Below are positions 62,775 to 64,000 of a stretch of 64,000 nt of DNA, one piece after another. Location of the stretch: positions 125,366,001 to 125,430,000 of the forward strand of contig NW_024704742.1 of the NCBI RefSeq assembly GCF_018977255.1, in the 5' to 3' direction. Every line of letters starts with the position of its first letter. The stretch's first letter is position 1. Under the pieces are notes generated by a model, which saw only the letters and a list, made by a program, of their open reading frames with translations, was not told the origin of the DNA and made no database searches. A program made the position numbers and the translations under genes. The DNA is from Callorhinchus milii. Lineage: Eukaryota.

Positions 62775-62952
62775 AAAACACAAAATACTGCAGATGCTGG
62801 AAATCTGAAAATAAAAACAGAAGTAGTTGGGAACACTCAGCAGGTCAGGCCCCAGTTCTGACGAAGGGTCGTGGACCCGAAACGTTGACTCACTTTCCTT
62901 TCTCCATAGATGCTGCCTGACCTGCTGAGTGTTTCCAGCTACATTTTGTTTT
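62775..62952 (+). mobile_element. Short Penelope-like (pLTR-derived) non-autonomous element with inverted terminal segment
   Basis: 15-bp direct repeat tgtttaaaggaaaac at 62760-62774 and 62953-62967; 19-bp perfect inverted repeat 62832-62850 / 62915-62933; hammerhead core inside. Confidence 0.8.
62854..62890 (+). ncRNA. Minimal type-I hammerhead ribozyme motif
   Basis: Stem I agtt/gact; core CUGACGA 62858-62864; stem II GGGUC-gug-GACCC; GAAA 62879-62882; palindromic stem III AACGUU; GUU cleavage triplet ending at 62886. Confidence 0.75.
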
Positions 62953-64000
62953 TGTTTAAAGGAAAACGCCAGGTTGAATGCTGACATTTAGCTAATTAAA
63001 TATGATTTAACCGAAACCTATCACAGAAGCAACAAGAGCTCCCACTCTGAATTGAGTCTGAACAGATCTGTAGCCAAGAAAACTGGACATGAAAATCTCA
63101 TAGTGTAAACACAGTACAGATCCTTTCTCATTCTGAGTTGTGTGCTATGTACAGTATTTTACACGAGGAACGCTTAATAGTAATGCCCCTGCATACATGA
63201 TCTGCACAGTGTGTATCTGGCAAACTCAATTTTAGCAACATAATGAGACACATCACAATTGTGTGGGAATTGACAGACTCATTAATACTTGGTTACATTT
63301 CACCATCCAGTTGTGAATATTCCTTTAACTTGCTCTGAAACTTGACTATGTGATACGAGCAAAAAAAAAAGGGACATGTAAAGTGGACATAAAGAATAAA
63401 ACACAGAATATGGTTCTGGTTGCCTTTGTATTGATTCTGAGAGTGTCAGAAAGGTCCTTGGTCATGCCCTACCAAAGCATACTAATTTGCTAGATCAGGT
63501 CTGTCAGAATATCGACTGGAGCCAAGAAGCTATGGTGGCAGCTTTTGTGCTCTGTGCAGCAGGGAATCCTGTCTGTGAAATAGGATTATCAGGGGGTCAT
63601 GCAGGCAGTCAAAGTGCGTCCATCACTTTCCTTCTGCTAATGCATTGGGGCGGACTCATGTATGTGATTGAGATGTACTAGACAGGAGGCATGCCAGGGA
63701 GGAAATCAAAGACATGCATGGGGAGCCTGATGGGCTACTGTGAGCCATAAATATGCAGTGAGGAGAGTAGGGCCTTCGAACACATGAAATGTGTTTCCCG
63801 GGTCAGTTTCGTACAATATCTTGGATGTGCTAAGTTTATGTTTAATTTAAAGTTGCAAGCTTTGAATGTAGGCGTTCCCTTTTAGTTGTTGAGGAAAGGG
63901 AATTGTGTTTCTGATAAAGGATCTATACTGTTGAATGTAAAATGTTTCCAATTCTTGTTGCTAGAAACATAGACATTTACAGCATACTATTTGACCCATT

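Noticed and set aside
1..64000. CRISPR arrays, rRNA, operons or other prokaryotic systems
   Set aside because: No regularly spaced repeat-spacer array or dense coding; the window is vertebrate repeat-rich DNA.

Overview
Repeat-rich, AT-rich vertebrate genomic DNA that is mostly intronic or intergenic. The repeat content points to a cartilaginous fish, most likely a holocephalan such as Callorhinchus. This is an inference from a young tRNA-Ala-headed SINE, older SacSINE1/DeuSINE-like SINEs, two L2 subfamilies and CR1 LINEs. No long intact host coding exon is visible, and the ORF-track entries are mostly LINE remnants or chance frames. Main points: (1) a 178-bp Penelope-like insertion at 62775-62952 with a 15-bp target-site duplication, an inverted terminal repeat and an apparently intact minimal type-I hammerhead ribozyme core; (2) a series of candidate minus-strand micro-exons (14-54 nt) between about 2.1 and 25.2 kb with good splice sites, several phase-compatible, encoding a protein I cannot identify; (3) a decayed 5'-complete CR1 with a Zn-finger/SGNH-esterase ORF1; (4) unclassified dispersed repeat families (a >430-bp element and a palindromic-TIR MITE); (5) local duplications, inversions and nested insertions. 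Repeat boundaries were read by eye and are approximate (about 10-30 bp). Family names come from recalled consensus features, not from database searches.
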